A stretch of DNA of 64,000 nt from Bugula neritina (taxonomy: Eukaryota > Animalia > Bryozoa): positions 620,001 to 684,000 of the forward strand of contig OZ037772.1 in assembly GCA_964035545.1 (NCBI GenBank). The letters run 5' to 3'. The notes under the pieces were generated by a model that saw only the letters and a program-made list of their open reading frames with translations, was not told the DNA's origin and ran no database searches. Both the position numbers and the translations under genes were made by a program. Positions 12,620 to 25,982 of the stretch are shown piece by piece (the first letter of the stretch is position 1; each line of letters opens with the position of its first letter).

Positions 12620-13560
12620 TCCCAAGTGATGAATTTGGGCTTTTTTAGGGAAGATTTTTTTTTTCTAAAAATTTCTAAGTTTGTTACCAGCTCTTTGAGC
12701 TCTTGCCTTGTTTTCAATATTACATGTACTGCATATGTATAACTATAACTCCTTCATTTTATGTAGTTCATTTATTTATCTACACTACACTCTACAATCT
12801 AAGTTTACTTCTACATTCATGTGTCTAATATTCACTCTACTTTAGCTGCTACCCCTCCTACTACGAATGAAGGTTCAGAAGTTTGAATTGGAAGCAAAAC
12901 CAACAGGAAGTTTAAGCAGCAATGCAAGCTCATTTCTATAAACTATACACACTGCATACATACAGTGGATATATTTCCTGTGTTCCAGTACAATCATCAC
13001 ATCATCACTCTTCATTATAGCAGCATCAATCCTTTCAAAGCTGAACTCAAGTTGTGACCTTGACATAATTCTATGATACAACTATCCTCACACTCAATAA
13101 GTTATTAGAAAAAGAACCTGTTCCAGAGATATCTTTCAAAAAGCATTTCTGCGAATATCCTTAAACTTTTAACGTTATTTCAACAGTATTTCCCTGAGCT
13201 ACCTTCATAAGAGAGTTACATGAGAGTGTCATTGAGCTGGTTTGCAGTGAAGGATGATTTGCTGAATTCTGTGTTTCCACAAGCAAACTCTACCCACCCA
13301 TTGCTGACAATTTACACCATAACAGTTTCAGCACCACGTTTTTATATAAGGTAGGATGGGCTTAATATATGCTAATGGTTAGGAATCAGCAAAAAAACTG
13401 CCTTGACCTGCAAAGTGGCCTACAATGTGCAACTTGTCAAAAACCAAGTCAAACTTAAGCAAGCTGACACAATGTCATCAGCTGCAGCCATCATATTAAT
13501 AATTGAACTGCTCTGCGCTTTTTACATGCACAATATAATAATGATAAAGAGACAAAGATT
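12620..13560 (-). mobile_element. Degraded longer copy of the hAT-type family found at 17230 and 19893
   Basis: Reverse complement matches 20060-20330 and 21218-21400 (segment 12630-13060) and 17390-17480 (segment 13455-13540). Confidence 0.65.
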
Positions 13561-15297
13561 TTGTAAGGATTTTGTTACTAAAGGGGATATTGACATTATG
13601 GGTATATTTGTAATTTGAAAATATACATTCTAAATTAGCTCAATTGAAAAATATGTACACTTGGTGCCCTGTATAATTTTTCAAAATTCAACTTAAGAGT
13701 TGTCTGTCTTCGACAGTACAATATAGCGCTCCGCTCACTGAACGCAACATTTCTTTCACATGATTATTATAGAGCCGACCTTTGTAGTTGAGTGACGTAT
13801 TATAATCCTTCTGCGCGTAGAACTTCCTCGTTATTTTGGTTTTATTGTGCCTCATCTTAGTTACTAGTTACTAAGTGCCTGACCAGTTTAGTGACTGACA
13901 CTATTGACTCACGTGAGGTGAGAACATTTTGAGTCATCTTATCATTTCTCAAATTGATCAGGTACTTTAATACTTACAGTTAGATTTACTATTACTATTA
14001 CAGTATTAGTATTTAGTATAAGTATTTAGTATTTTAGATTTATTTTTACTTTTAGTTTTAGTTTTACTTTTACTTTTAGCATTTAAGTTTAAGTGTAAGT
14101 CTAGGGTTATAAGTATAACTTATATAGTATATAATATAAGATTAAGTTAAAGGCTAAGGAATATAAATTATAAGTTATATAAATTAAAATACTTGTACTT
14201 ATAGTTATAATATTAATTAAATAATATTAATTGTTTCTCTTTGAGTCTTTAACTTGAAATTTACAATAGTAATACCATAGCCCATAGTCATATGATTATG
14301 ATCGATAATTAATTAATTATAATCATAATGATTAATCAAATAATATAAATATGATTGTATTAATTATTTATTGATATTAAATTATTTATTATTATAATAA
14401 ATTTAATCGACTTCAAGCTTGGGTTCAAGTTTTAATAGTAATACTGAAAAATTGATCTACTAGTACTAAACTACTACTAGTAGTAGTAGTAGTACTAGTA
14501 CTTGTAGTGCGATTACAGATTACTATTACTTAGTATTAGTCTATTAGTATTACATGTACTATTAGATTACTATTAGGATTGCTATTCGATTTAGTGTTGG
14601 TATAACTATAAGAATTGAGAGTAAGTATTTCACTTTCACACTATTTTATTAATATTTGCATTAACTTTGAGTATTACTATTAGTAATCACAATTAGTATT
14701 GATATTACATTTGCTATTACTACTACTATTACTATTAGTGTTGTTGTATGAGTAATTACTAATTAGTATTAGTATTTTTTACTCATTCCATTACATTTAC
14801 TATAAGTATAACTATAAAGTGTAAGTTACTATTACTGCTCTACTATAACTATTAGTATTAGATTTAGTGTTACAGTTGGTCTTACTGCCAGGTCCGCTAC
14901 CATCATTAGATTTATTTCTAATGATAGTCTTGGTGATTATCACCCAATATTATCATTATCAGCATGAGCATAGCTTGACTTTGTTAAGTCAACATTTAAC
15001 AAGTTATACTTGTAATAATTTTATTATAACCAGTGAATCACTTACCTTTACTTTGTGAATTTATGATTGTAACACTGAAAAATATTATCATAATTATAAT
15101 TGCAAATTTTTGAATTAATGTTACACTTACTCAATTTGAATATCAGGATATCTTACCACTGGCACTAGCCAGTTTTCAATCACAATGCATAGTGATCACT
15201 GCATGTGATACATTGTCATACCCTGCACATTCCAATGCACTGCCCTTCTCTATTCATTGCGAATAGCATATTTATTTGGCTTATATTATTTTACTCA

Positions 15298-15613
15298 GCC
15301 TAGGGCCACACAGTGCGAAAATTGAAATCACAAGTAGCAAAGGCGTCCACTGTAGCATCAGTGATGCGTGATAAATAAAGCTTTCTTTTTTAAATCGCAC
15401 TCGCTTGCAATAAAACGCAATTTACTGGAATGTAGCACTAAAATAAAGAAATTGGGCTCGCTGAATAACTACCAGTCAATTAGGTGACCACGACAGAGAC
15501 GATTCGCACTTGCGTTGAAAATGCAGAGCGACAAGTGCGAATGTTTTCTCAACGCGCACAGTGGACACCTTTGCTACTTGTGATTTCAATTTTCGCACCG
15601 TGTGGCCCTAGGC
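15298..15613. mobile_element. PIF/Harbinger-like MITE
   Basis: About 65-bp TIRs starting GCCTAGGGCCACAC; TCA duplicated on both sides; the paralog at about 60455 shows the empty site. Confidence 0.85.
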
Positions 15614-16740
15614 TCAGTGTTGATTATACAACTAACATGTACTGCACTGCTCTAATTTATGTAGCAACACTTGGTAGTTGCTGCTATCTTTACTTCTAAA
15701 TTTGTGTCATTTAAAAACTAACATATTTGCATAATAGGTATTAAAATTTAAGTTACATAATTGGAATTTGACTATTCTATAAATTACTGAGAATATAAGG
15801 TTAACCACATTTATATGATGTTGTAGACATAAAATATGAGGTTAGTGTTAATAAATCATTTGCTAGGTAAGAGTGTAGAATAAATAATTGGCTAGAGATG
15901 AGTGTAGAAGCTGCCAACTCGTGAAATAGCTACACCTGACCTAGAAGAAGCACAAACTTGTTAAATTAGTATGTTTCACACCACCATAGTTTCTATTAGA
16001 TGATTTGAATAGCAAAGGTGGTGGAAGGGTGAATCTAAGTAACATATTAACCAATGCATCACCAATATTGCAGAGATGTTAAAATAAGTTTTTTAATTTA
16101 GATTATTAAAATAACAAATAATTTTTAACACCCAGCACAAAATATTTCATGAAACTATGTTTTCTCCCACTGCTAAGTTTCCCCCTGTTTTGTGTCTTAG
16201 CCTGAGCCCACGCTATGTATCTAGCCCAAAAATGGACTGGTAACATTGTAAAAATGGCTGATATTTTACTTTATGGCAAAGTCTGTATGCAGATAAGCAG
16301 CTGAGCCCAATTGTGCTGTTTGTTCATAAAAGTAATACATAACTCACTGGTATTCATGTTTCACTTCTCCTCTATATATTAGAAACACTTGATTAGTGGT
16401 GTTCAATAGAAGTAGAATAATAGTGTTCACTGAAGCACACAACATTGCTTCATATTTACTGTATATGGAGTTTGAGTCTACAGCAAAAACCTATTCAGTG
16501 ATTACAATGGAAACAATACAGCCTTTGTTAGAGAGTTAAAGCTGTGAGCTCAGCATGTTGTAGCTGGCTATCATGTATACCAGTGTTATTAACTGCCTTT
16601 GTGTGACATTATTTTTCACTTTATTTTGTATGGTTTGTTGTTAATGGTTAAGTCTTTGATTTGGAAACCTTCAAATAGTGTGAAATATTATGCTAAGAGT
16701 ATGTGTATCTTTCACAGCACTTCCTTATTATATAACCAAG

Positions 16741-19700
16741 ATGGCAGAATCCAGAGTTGTGAAAAAGAGACTAAACAATTCGTATCGCTGTGGGTACTGC
16801 TCGCAGTACTTCAACAAACTTGAAGATCCCAGAACTCTGCCCTGTCTGCATGTGTACTGCATGAGATGTTTGAAGACTGACATCGGTGGTAGGAAGGATC
16901 ATATCAGATGTGCTTATTGTAGGTGAGTTACAGTACATAACACAATATATCATGTCATAGGCTTGCATATGATTTTCTCACTATCATCTAGGAGTTGTCT
17001 GATCTGTGTCTATGAAAAGCTAACAATACTGTATATTCTATGTGAACTCTGGTTACTAACTTGTGGAGTGTGTGGATATCTTTTCATTAGGTAGAGAAAG
17101 TAACTGTTATGTAGATTACATCATCAGCTGTCCTCTCTTGTTGATATGTGGTGCTGTTGGATGTCATGGGATTGGGGTTGTCTCCTCATTATATTATTTT
17201 GTTCTCATACAGTACAAGACTTGTTAGAGCAGTCATTCCTAACCTTTTTCATACCATTCCCACTTTCGTACATGTTTACTATTAAGTCCCCTCCCTTTTG
17301 TCAATCGGAAATTTTTATGACGGACATAATGATAATATAGATTACTATGCAATATTTTTTCTCTTACATTTGAATATAATATAATTATTTCTGATAATTA
17401 TATTATGCATGTGTAAAACACAGAGCAGTTCAATTATTAATATTATGGCTGCAGCTGATGACATTGTGTCAGCTTGCTTTCAAACCTCCCACCCCAACCC
17501 TTAAACCCCAACCCCAATATTGTAATTAAAACACATTCATGTAGAAGTAGACTGAGATGGCAGAATTGGTTAAATAGATAAGCTAAGATGAATGCTTATA
17601 GATATACATGTACATGTAACTTGCAAGAGCTCAAAAGTCTTCAACAAACTGCTTGAAATTTTTGAAATCAAAATCTCAGCTCCCCCTAAAAAGCCCAAAT
17701 TCCCTCTTATAGGGGGATTCTCCCAGGTTGGGAACCACTGTGTTGAATTGACTTGTGTTTACTATCTCCTTTCCTGTGATTAGAAACATGTATGATGTTG
17801 TCATGGCAACACAGTTGCTGTGGCACAAAGTACAGTTTACTAGTATGTAGTGATTGTGTAGTGAGAGTGGAGTGTCTGGTTATTGTCCATGGTTATGTGT
17901 AATCTGTAAGGAGTAGAATTATATTATTTTAATATAATGTTGAGAGAGGTACTTTTATAATGGCAGTTTGCTAAATAGCTTTAGTTCTAATTCGATAGAC
18001 TCATAACTCTGGAGTCTAGCAACTGCTACTATTACCACTAGCTGTTCAAAATTCGGGCTGCCAAAGCATAATAGCCATTGACAAGGCCAAGCAGTCACTG
18101 GGAAATTATTTGACTAAAGAGCAGGTCTTATGACAATTAGTAGTCAGTCCCTTAAACAGGAAACAGTGATTCTGTGACCTATTTAGTTAAATCCAGAGCT
18201 GAACTTTTGATTGACTATTAGATAGCCATCACAATTTTATTTGGTACAATATAATATTATGGGGTGTCAATCAGTGTCTAATATAATCTGTGAATTGAGT
18301 GTCTACTTCTTCTACCACCAGTCAGTTGTATTAAGTGTTACTCTGTATTGAGTCATGAATAGTGTTGAGGATTTGGGCCTATATTATGCCACCCCCCCTC
18401 TCTGACTTAGACTGAGACCCAACCTGCTGCACATACATAGCAGTACTACACTGAAGATAGTCAACATGTGTATGTGTCATCCTACTAGTAATGGATTACT
18501 AAGTACAAGTTATCCTATGACTCACTCTTCTTACGCTAGCTGCACGAGATAGACAACTCACACGTGACACGAACTCACAGTGCACTAGCTCTTGAAACAT
18601 TGCCAAGGATGATGAAATGACAGTTTCGCGCCACTCTTAGCAGTTAGAGTGGCATGGAATAGTTGTAGTATGTTGTAGTATTGGCTCCTCAGAATTCACA
18701 CTTCAGTAATTAGTTGCATTGCACAAACTTGCAACAGTAGTGAATAATTATTGACAATATGGCCTCCACTCAGTAGTTAACTAGTAATTTATCTTGTCAT
18801 TTTACAATACAAGTTATAATTGAGTCTATTTGTTGAGTAGCAGTTCTTTGTCATGAGTGACTATTTTCCAGCATATTAGGTACATAATATAGTCAAGTGT
18901 GTTTGTGTGGTAGCCTGTGGTCTATATAATGAATGTGTGTTGAAGAGTGATGAGTATTTATATGAGTATTTGTCAAGGACACAGCTGTGTGTGTGGATGG
19001 AGTATTTCATTACTTGAGATGTACTAAACACAGCTAACACAGGTAACATACTGATTGCTATATATTGTAGGAAAGATCACTATGACATCACAGATCCCAC
19101 AACACTACCAGTAGCTCAGCATGGAGACCCCTTAGAATACAAGTCTCCACCCAAACCTGCACCCATTCCCTGCGATGTGTGTAAAGGTGGAACAGAAGCT
19201 GCTGTGTTTTGTCTTGAGAGTCAAAAGAAATTATGTCAGCAGCATCAAGAAGTGAGTCTTTCTTATACCATTTCTCAATATTAGTTACTAAACCAGTTCT
19301 GGTTTGTATGTAGAATATTATTGAAAAGAAATGTTGAGTCTGTGTGACTTTTTATACTAAACACACAGTTTCACAGTGCAGTGAGTCAACTATGACAGAC
19401 TTGTTGGTGAAAATACAACCAACTAAACTGTTGACCTTTATTATACAGAATCACAGAGAGCTGATGGGAGATAGACATCAGTTTATTGACATTGAGGTCT
19501 ACAGAGCTTCTCCCCAAAGATATACTATAACTGAATGTGAACATCATAAACAGGAACAGCTGACAGAAGTGTGTTCCAAGTGTCACCAGATATTCTGTAT
19601 GAGATGTGATATGAGGACTGGCTGTAAGGATAAGACAGGTATTTACTTGCTGTTTCTATTTCTGTAGAAAGAAACTGAGAAATATTACAAGAACCTGTTA

Positions 19701-20818
19701 TTTATTATTTTATTATTAAAGTGAGTTATGTAACAGTAAAAGAGGAAGTCAGTTTGTCAGCATTAAGGTTTGTGTGAGACAGAAGTGGATAGTGCAGGAG
19801 TTTATATTCTCACTGTTATGTTGAATATTTAGTATATTTCATCCTTCAAGTGTCTGTTTCCTTGATAGGATGGTATAGGCATAGCTTTAACTCAGTGGTG
19901 TCTCACCTTTTTCATACCATCCTCCTTTTTATGATTATTTTCTATTAAGTTTCCGCCTTTTTGATAAAATTGTAATTTCATTTATAAAGAAAATCTGGGA
20001 CAGGTTGTTTTCCTAATAATCCATTGAGTGTAGAAAAAAGCACTTTGTGTTTGACATGAATTAGTGTCTGCCACAACTTCAGTTCAGCTTTGAAAGCATT
20101 GATGCTGGTATTAAAAGCAGTGAGTTGATGATTATACTCATTCATTTTAGGTTCAGAGTTTTTAGTACAGCAAATATATCTACTAGGTATGCAGTAAGTA
20201 GTTTGTGGCGATCAGTTCTACTGACTGCAAAAACTTCCTGTTTACTTTCAATAAATCTTTTAGCCTCCATTCGTAGTAGGAGGGGTAGCAGCTAGAGTAG
20301 AGTGAATATTAGACACATGGATGTACAAGTAAACTTAAGCCCTGGCCACACGATCGTGAGAATGACACGAAACTCGTGTGACGATTATTCGTGAGTTATC
20401 TTTTCGTATTGACCAGCCACATGATCGTTTAAACGAAAAGTCATTATGCCGAGATTGGTACCGCAAGTTTATATAAGTTATAAAGGAAAAATTTTGCCAT
20501 TTTTGTTATTTTTTTGGTATTTTATGTGTACATTTTTTTAGTTTTGTTTATTGGTAAAGTTTTTAAAAACATTTTTTATGCATATAAAATTAAAAAAAAA
20601 TTAAAACTCACTCATGCACGTAAATACAAAGCTATAAAGTTTAAGCTTCGCTGTGATTACCATGTGAATATGAATTGAATAATGCTTGCAATAGCTATTT
20701 TACGCAAAATACTTTACAGTTGCTATAAATGTAAGACTAGTAAATTGGATACAAATAGGCATAGTAATACTACTTAATTTATGCTATTTTTGAAATTTGT
20801 AGTAATTATTTGGCGTGC

Positions 20819-20904
<86 letters not shown>

Positions 20905-23900
20905 CTTAATATATACCACTTTGATGGCAACAAGTCATTTTTATTAGTCCGTGAATGAGTCTTGCACGAGATACAAGCAGCAGAACATTGCCAAATAGAG
21001 AAACTTAGTAGAAATGAAATAATCACTGTTGCTAAAATTCTATTGACCAATCAAATGGTACTTATCGTCGATTGTGATTTTTCGTCCATCGTCATCGTTG
21101 TGCACACCCAACGATGACGATTTCGTTTGAATTCCTTCAAATTTTCTCGTACGAATGTTTTTTCGTGTCAAATAGACGATTTCGTGTGATTCTCACGATC
21201 GTGTGGCCAGGGCTTTAGATTGTAGAGTGTAATGTGGATAAATAAATGAACTATATAAAATGAAGGAGTTATAATTATACATATTCATGTAACCTGGAAC
21301 ACAAGGCAAGAGCTCAAAAAGCTGGTAACAAACTCTGTGAAATTTTAGAAATGAAAACCCCTAAAAAAGCTCAAATTTCCTGTGAAGGGGAAATTCCCCA
21401 AGGTTGAGAGCCACTGCTTTAATTTTTTCAACTATTTCATTCCAAGTGCAGTGATTAATGAGCTAACCTCTGACATCTTTCTAGTCCAACCAACTGTCTA
21501 GTTATCACATAGTATGTGTATAGTGATATATCATCTACCTGTAGGTACAGGTAGTAGGTGTAGAATAAGTACAAGGTAATATCTATAATAATGCTTTTAT
21601 AAATAGTGTGATTTTATGTATACAGAGGAGACAGTAGCATCCCATGACTTGGCATCTTTGAGTGATTTGTCTTGTGAGTTACGAGAAAGTCTGACTGGTG
21701 GAATAGAGACTCTGTCTGAGAAAGTTGCAGAGTTGAATGACATCTCAAAGGATGCCTGGAAAGAACTGAGTAAAATAGAAGATGAAGTGAAGAAGATGGT
21801 TGCCAGAGTAAACGCTGTAGCTGACGCTCAGGTATGCTGACATGGTGATGCCATGTAATATTATTTCTGTTTGTCTGAAATTGGAATTTGCATTTGGTCT
21901 TTGAGTTGTAATCAGAAATGAATTTTATTTGCCACTAGAATTAACTGGCCATTAAAGTATTATCATTCTGTGTAAAAGTAGCAGTAGTCATTCATCACAT
22001 GTTACTCAGTGCAGAGGAACCTGTCAATACAGATGACTCACTCATCCTTCTGCAACTGTCAATCACTCACACAGAGAGGTTGGCTGTGTGAGTGATTGAC
22101 AGGTGTCAGGAGGAGGAGACTAGTCACGTGATGTACTAGCTCTCTGCTGTGTATAGAGTGTCACGTGACTGAGTCATTGTCCACTCAGTGGGTGATCTGT
22201 CACTTTCATTTCGAGTGCAGAGGTTGTGAGGTGCAGATGTGGTTACACTGTGTTACTATTTATTAGATAGAAGAGATTAGAAAGAGAGCTACAAACCTGA
22301 GGCTAGAAATATATGGATATTTGAAGAGCTGCACACAGATAGTGGATAATTATAGAATAGAGCTGGCCTTGAGTAAGACGATGGGCAGACAGTCTCTGCT
22401 GGACACAGTACAACATGCAGTTGATAAGTTCAATGATGCAGGGATTGTGAGAGACTACAAAGAGATGAGTGAGAAGATGGAAAAGGCTACAGATATTGGT
22501 GTAATAGAGAAGTGTGTACTTCCAGACAGCATCTTGGTACCAACATGTAGGTGGAGTCTATAAATAGTAACACTAACTATAAATAACTTTCTGCTTGTAA
22601 TCATGTGAGTTGCTTTCACTGAATATTTTAATAGTAGAATAAGTAGATAGAGTTTATTTATTAGAGATTGAGTTTTGTTCTACTCTCACATTATGAGACA
22701 TTTCTGCAGTGTTTCAGAGTTTATGATGTATAAGTGAGCTGCTAAACTGTGTTATGCTGACTACCTGCTGTCAGTATTAACAAGATATTCTCACTCAGAC
22801 ATGTGCATCATGTAGCAACTTGTAGTAACTACAGACTGCTTGTATTTAAACATCTTTTAGTTTTAAGTTTGAAAAGCTGTTCCCACCTCCTCAGGTGATG
22901 AGATTCTCAAGTTATAGAATTGTTATTTTGTTGTTGCAGACAGTGAAGACAGTCTGGGACTGAAGCTGCTGCAGCCACCATCTTCTCTACAGTCTGATGG
23001 ACTTCCTGTACGTGACTTGTGTGACTCAGTAAACATCTCAGCTGATGGACATCTGGTGTGTGGGACACTAGAAGGTGTAGAAGTAATAAATAGAGAGACT
23101 CTGGATACTATCAGCTCAGTGAAGGACACCAACACTACATTGTGGGGGGAGATAATCCAACCTGAAGGGGTGATGGTTGGCAGCTGGTATAACAGAGAGG
23201 AGAAAACAGCTGAAGTCTCACTTCTTGATCCGAACTCCTTTGAGAAGACTCGCTCTCTCTACCAGCAGTCAGTAGGTAGATACGCTTACTATAGAATAGC
23301 TCAACACGACTCACTGCTCTGTATTGTAGACAGGAGAGAAAAACAGCTGGTAGTCTGTAATCTAGTTGACAATAAAATACAGAAGTTCCCACTTCCTGAG
23401 ATGAAGAACCCTCACCCTGTATGCATCCTCCCAGACTCAACTCTCCTCATAGGAGACTGCACTGTAGATGGTAAAATGAGAAGATATAAAGTGGAGAACA
23501 CAACTCTCTCTCTAATGTGGGAGTTTCCTCACATCTCAGATCCATCTGGTATTTCCTTTGATCCAACATCTGAACTGATTCACATCTGTACACTGCTTGG
23601 ACCTCTCCTCATCCTCTCACTTGAAGGTAAATACTCTGTTTATTATAGTAAGTTTAGTTATTTTATATATAATTATGTTGCAGTATATAATATATTTTAA
23701 TAATTAAGAGTAAACAACTTCCACTCATAAGATATATTATGATATTGTTAGTATTTATCAAGTCACTGATGTTATTTTTAGCTAAAAGTTATGTAATAAA
23801 GACTGTAACATGCTGATAGTAGATGTTATATTCTTCATCACATGACTTGTAGCTAATAATAATATTAGTGAATAATACTGTCTCCCTGCAATAAGTTTAT

Positions 23901-24761
23901 TTCCAGCTGCAGTAACATGCAGGATGTAAGCACAGGTAAAAGTGTATACTATATTGTATAGGTTTAAGGTGTACTCTGTGTAGTGTGCAGTGAGCTCTTA
24001 GTAAACTCTCTTATTCAGTCTTCCTTTCCAAGGGTTCACCTGGTAGTGTAGAGGATAGGGACTCCACACTGCTGAGTGAGTTGGTGCTGCAAGGGGTTCA
24101 AACCCACCTATCAGCATGACTAGTTAGTATACTATGCAAGTGTTTTACAGTAATTTTAGAGGTGCTCAGTCTAACAACTGTACAGACTGCCAGCTACACA
24201 TGAGTTATAAGTTGTAGTTTGACTTCAGTCTAGTGCTGCTGTTGTTTTGGTCATCAGATAATTTAAATGTAAATAATTTGATACTTTTTGACTGCCATTA
24301 CTGAGACTATGTAATTTGATGATGGCTGGTAGAGCAGTGTTTGCTGGTGGGACTCAGGTGGCTGCGGTTGGTTCTTGTCGAGTATTTAATATGTGATAAT
24401 GTTGGAGTAGCTGCAGTGGTATTAGAAGTAGACATGTGGGTGTGTTTTTGCTCAGAGCCACAGGCTAAGTTTGTGGGTCAAGGTCAATATTGTTGTATAA
24501 TGAGACACTGTTTTCTATTTGAGTATTTACTTCATGCATGTAACCTGCTTAGTTGCATCTTTAAAGGCAGTCTGTCTGTTTCTCTCAATACACACCAACT
24601 GATACAATATGATGCTATTATTTACAGGTCAACTGGTGCTTACTGTTCCCAGAGAAAGTCTTGGTGTGAGTAGTGAGGTGTGGGACATTGCTGTGTGTAA
24701 CAGAGACACAGTGTTTCTAGCATGTAGAGATGGTTTGAGGAGATACACAATAAAATACTAA
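16741..24761 (+). CDS. TRIM/RBCC E3 ubiquitin ligase (RING, B-box, B-box, coiled coil, NHL-like beta-propeller), about 619 aa
   Basis: Seven phase-consistent GT-AG coding exons: 16741-16922, 19071-19251, 19449-19638, 21626-21831, 22267-22546, 22940-23626, 24628-24761 (1860 nt, no internal stop). RING CGYC..LPCLHVYCMRC..CAYC; B-boxes CDVC..FC..LCQQH and CEHH..CSKC..FCMRC; propeller blades PHPVCILPD and PSGISFD; AATAAA at 24942. Confidence 0.9.
17230..17739 (+). mobile_element. hAT-type MITE in the intron after the TRIM RING exon
   Basis: CAGTCATTCCTAACC...GGTTGGGAACCACTG termini; also present in the paralog at about 61941-62447. Confidence 0.7.
19893..21416 (+). mobile_element. hAT-type MITE (host of nested insertions)
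   Basis: CAGTGG...CCACTG termini; flanks CTTTAACT/CTTTAATT (7 of 8 TSD match). Confidence 0.8.
20338..21214. mobile_element. PIF/Harbinger-like MITE nested in the hAT MITE
   Basis: TIRs AGCCCTGGCCACACGATCGTGAGAAT; TTA TSD at 20335-20337 and 21215-21217; empty site visible in the family copy at about 12800. Confidence 0.9.
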
Positions 24762-25488
24762 ACTTATCAGCTACAGTCTACTAATAATCAGCTCAGTCAG
24801 TGAGGTCCTGAGAGATGAATTGGATAATATTTGTCATCAACATAATTATTTCATCACAATTCATCAATACACACACTCTGTAATTATATTTAGATAAGAG
24901 ATGTTTTACTGTATCAAATATGTGTTGTTATTTTACCATCTAATAAAGTTTATTTGTTAGTGAAAATATAGTCTGTTTTCATGCCTCATTAGCTTTAGTT
25001 CAAGTTGAGTTCACTTACTAAAAAATAATCTATACTGGAGCAGTAACTGTAAATGACTTGTTTGTGGGAGAATTTATTCACTGAATTGACATGCAGGTGC
25101 AAGTACCTCCAACATGACTAAGTAAATTTATTCCAACCATTCATAATAATATACATTCCATTGCTGTGTACAACAGCATTGAGTAGCCAATCAAATTGTT
25201 TCTTGTCACGCAATCAGGAATCTGATAAATAATATATAAGGCAATCAACTAGATATAAACGCTGTATTACTCTACACATGAGCTGTCTATGATACAGCTG
25301 TTTTGTAAACTGTGTGTAATTTGATGAGTTTAGTTCAATTGGTTGCAGTTTAATTATGACGTGTTCCCCATTCACCTGGGAGAAATACCTTGTGTGCACA
25401 GACAAGTTGTAATGACTAACAGAAACTTTTTCAGTAGGTTCCAGTTCATCTTGAATATAATAGTACAGCTTGTTGTCATTTGGTCTCC

Positions 25489-25982
25489 ATAGTATTGATG
25501 GTACACTACCTTGTTTGGCCTCAATAGTATTGATAGTATACTACCTTGTTTGGCCTCAATAGTATTGATGGTATACTACCTTGTTTAGCCTCAATAGTGT
25601 TGATGGTAGACTACCTTGTTTGGCCCTAATAGTATAGATGGTACACTACCTTGTTTGGCCCTAATAGTATAGATGGTACACTACCTTGTTTGGCCTCAAT
25701 AGTATTGATGGTATACTACCTTGTTTGGCCTCAATAGTATTGGTGGTAGACTACCTTGTTTGGCCTCAATAGTATTGATGGTATACTATCTTGTTTGGCC
25801 TCAATAGTATTGATGGTATACTACTTTGTTTGGCCTCAATAGTGTTGATGGTAGACTACCTTGTTTAGCCTCAATAGTATAGATGGTACACTACCTTGTT
25901 TGGCCTCAATAGTATTGATGGTATACTACTTTGTTTGGCCCTAATAGTATAGATGGTACACTACCTTGTTTGGCCTCAATAG
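25489..25982. repeat. 35-bp minisatellite, about 14 copies
   Basis: CTACCTTGTTTGGCCTCAATAGTATTGATGGTATA head-to-tail, no spacers. Confidence 0.95.

Noticed and set aside
10458-12648. Long ORFs (up to 587 aa, MLYSILCYTVYYVIQY)
   Set aside because: Translations of a 17-bp satellite that is open in all three frames.
25489-25982. CRISPR-like 35-bp repeat array
   Set aside because: Units are head-to-tail with no unique spacers, there are no cas genes, and the context is eukaryotic.
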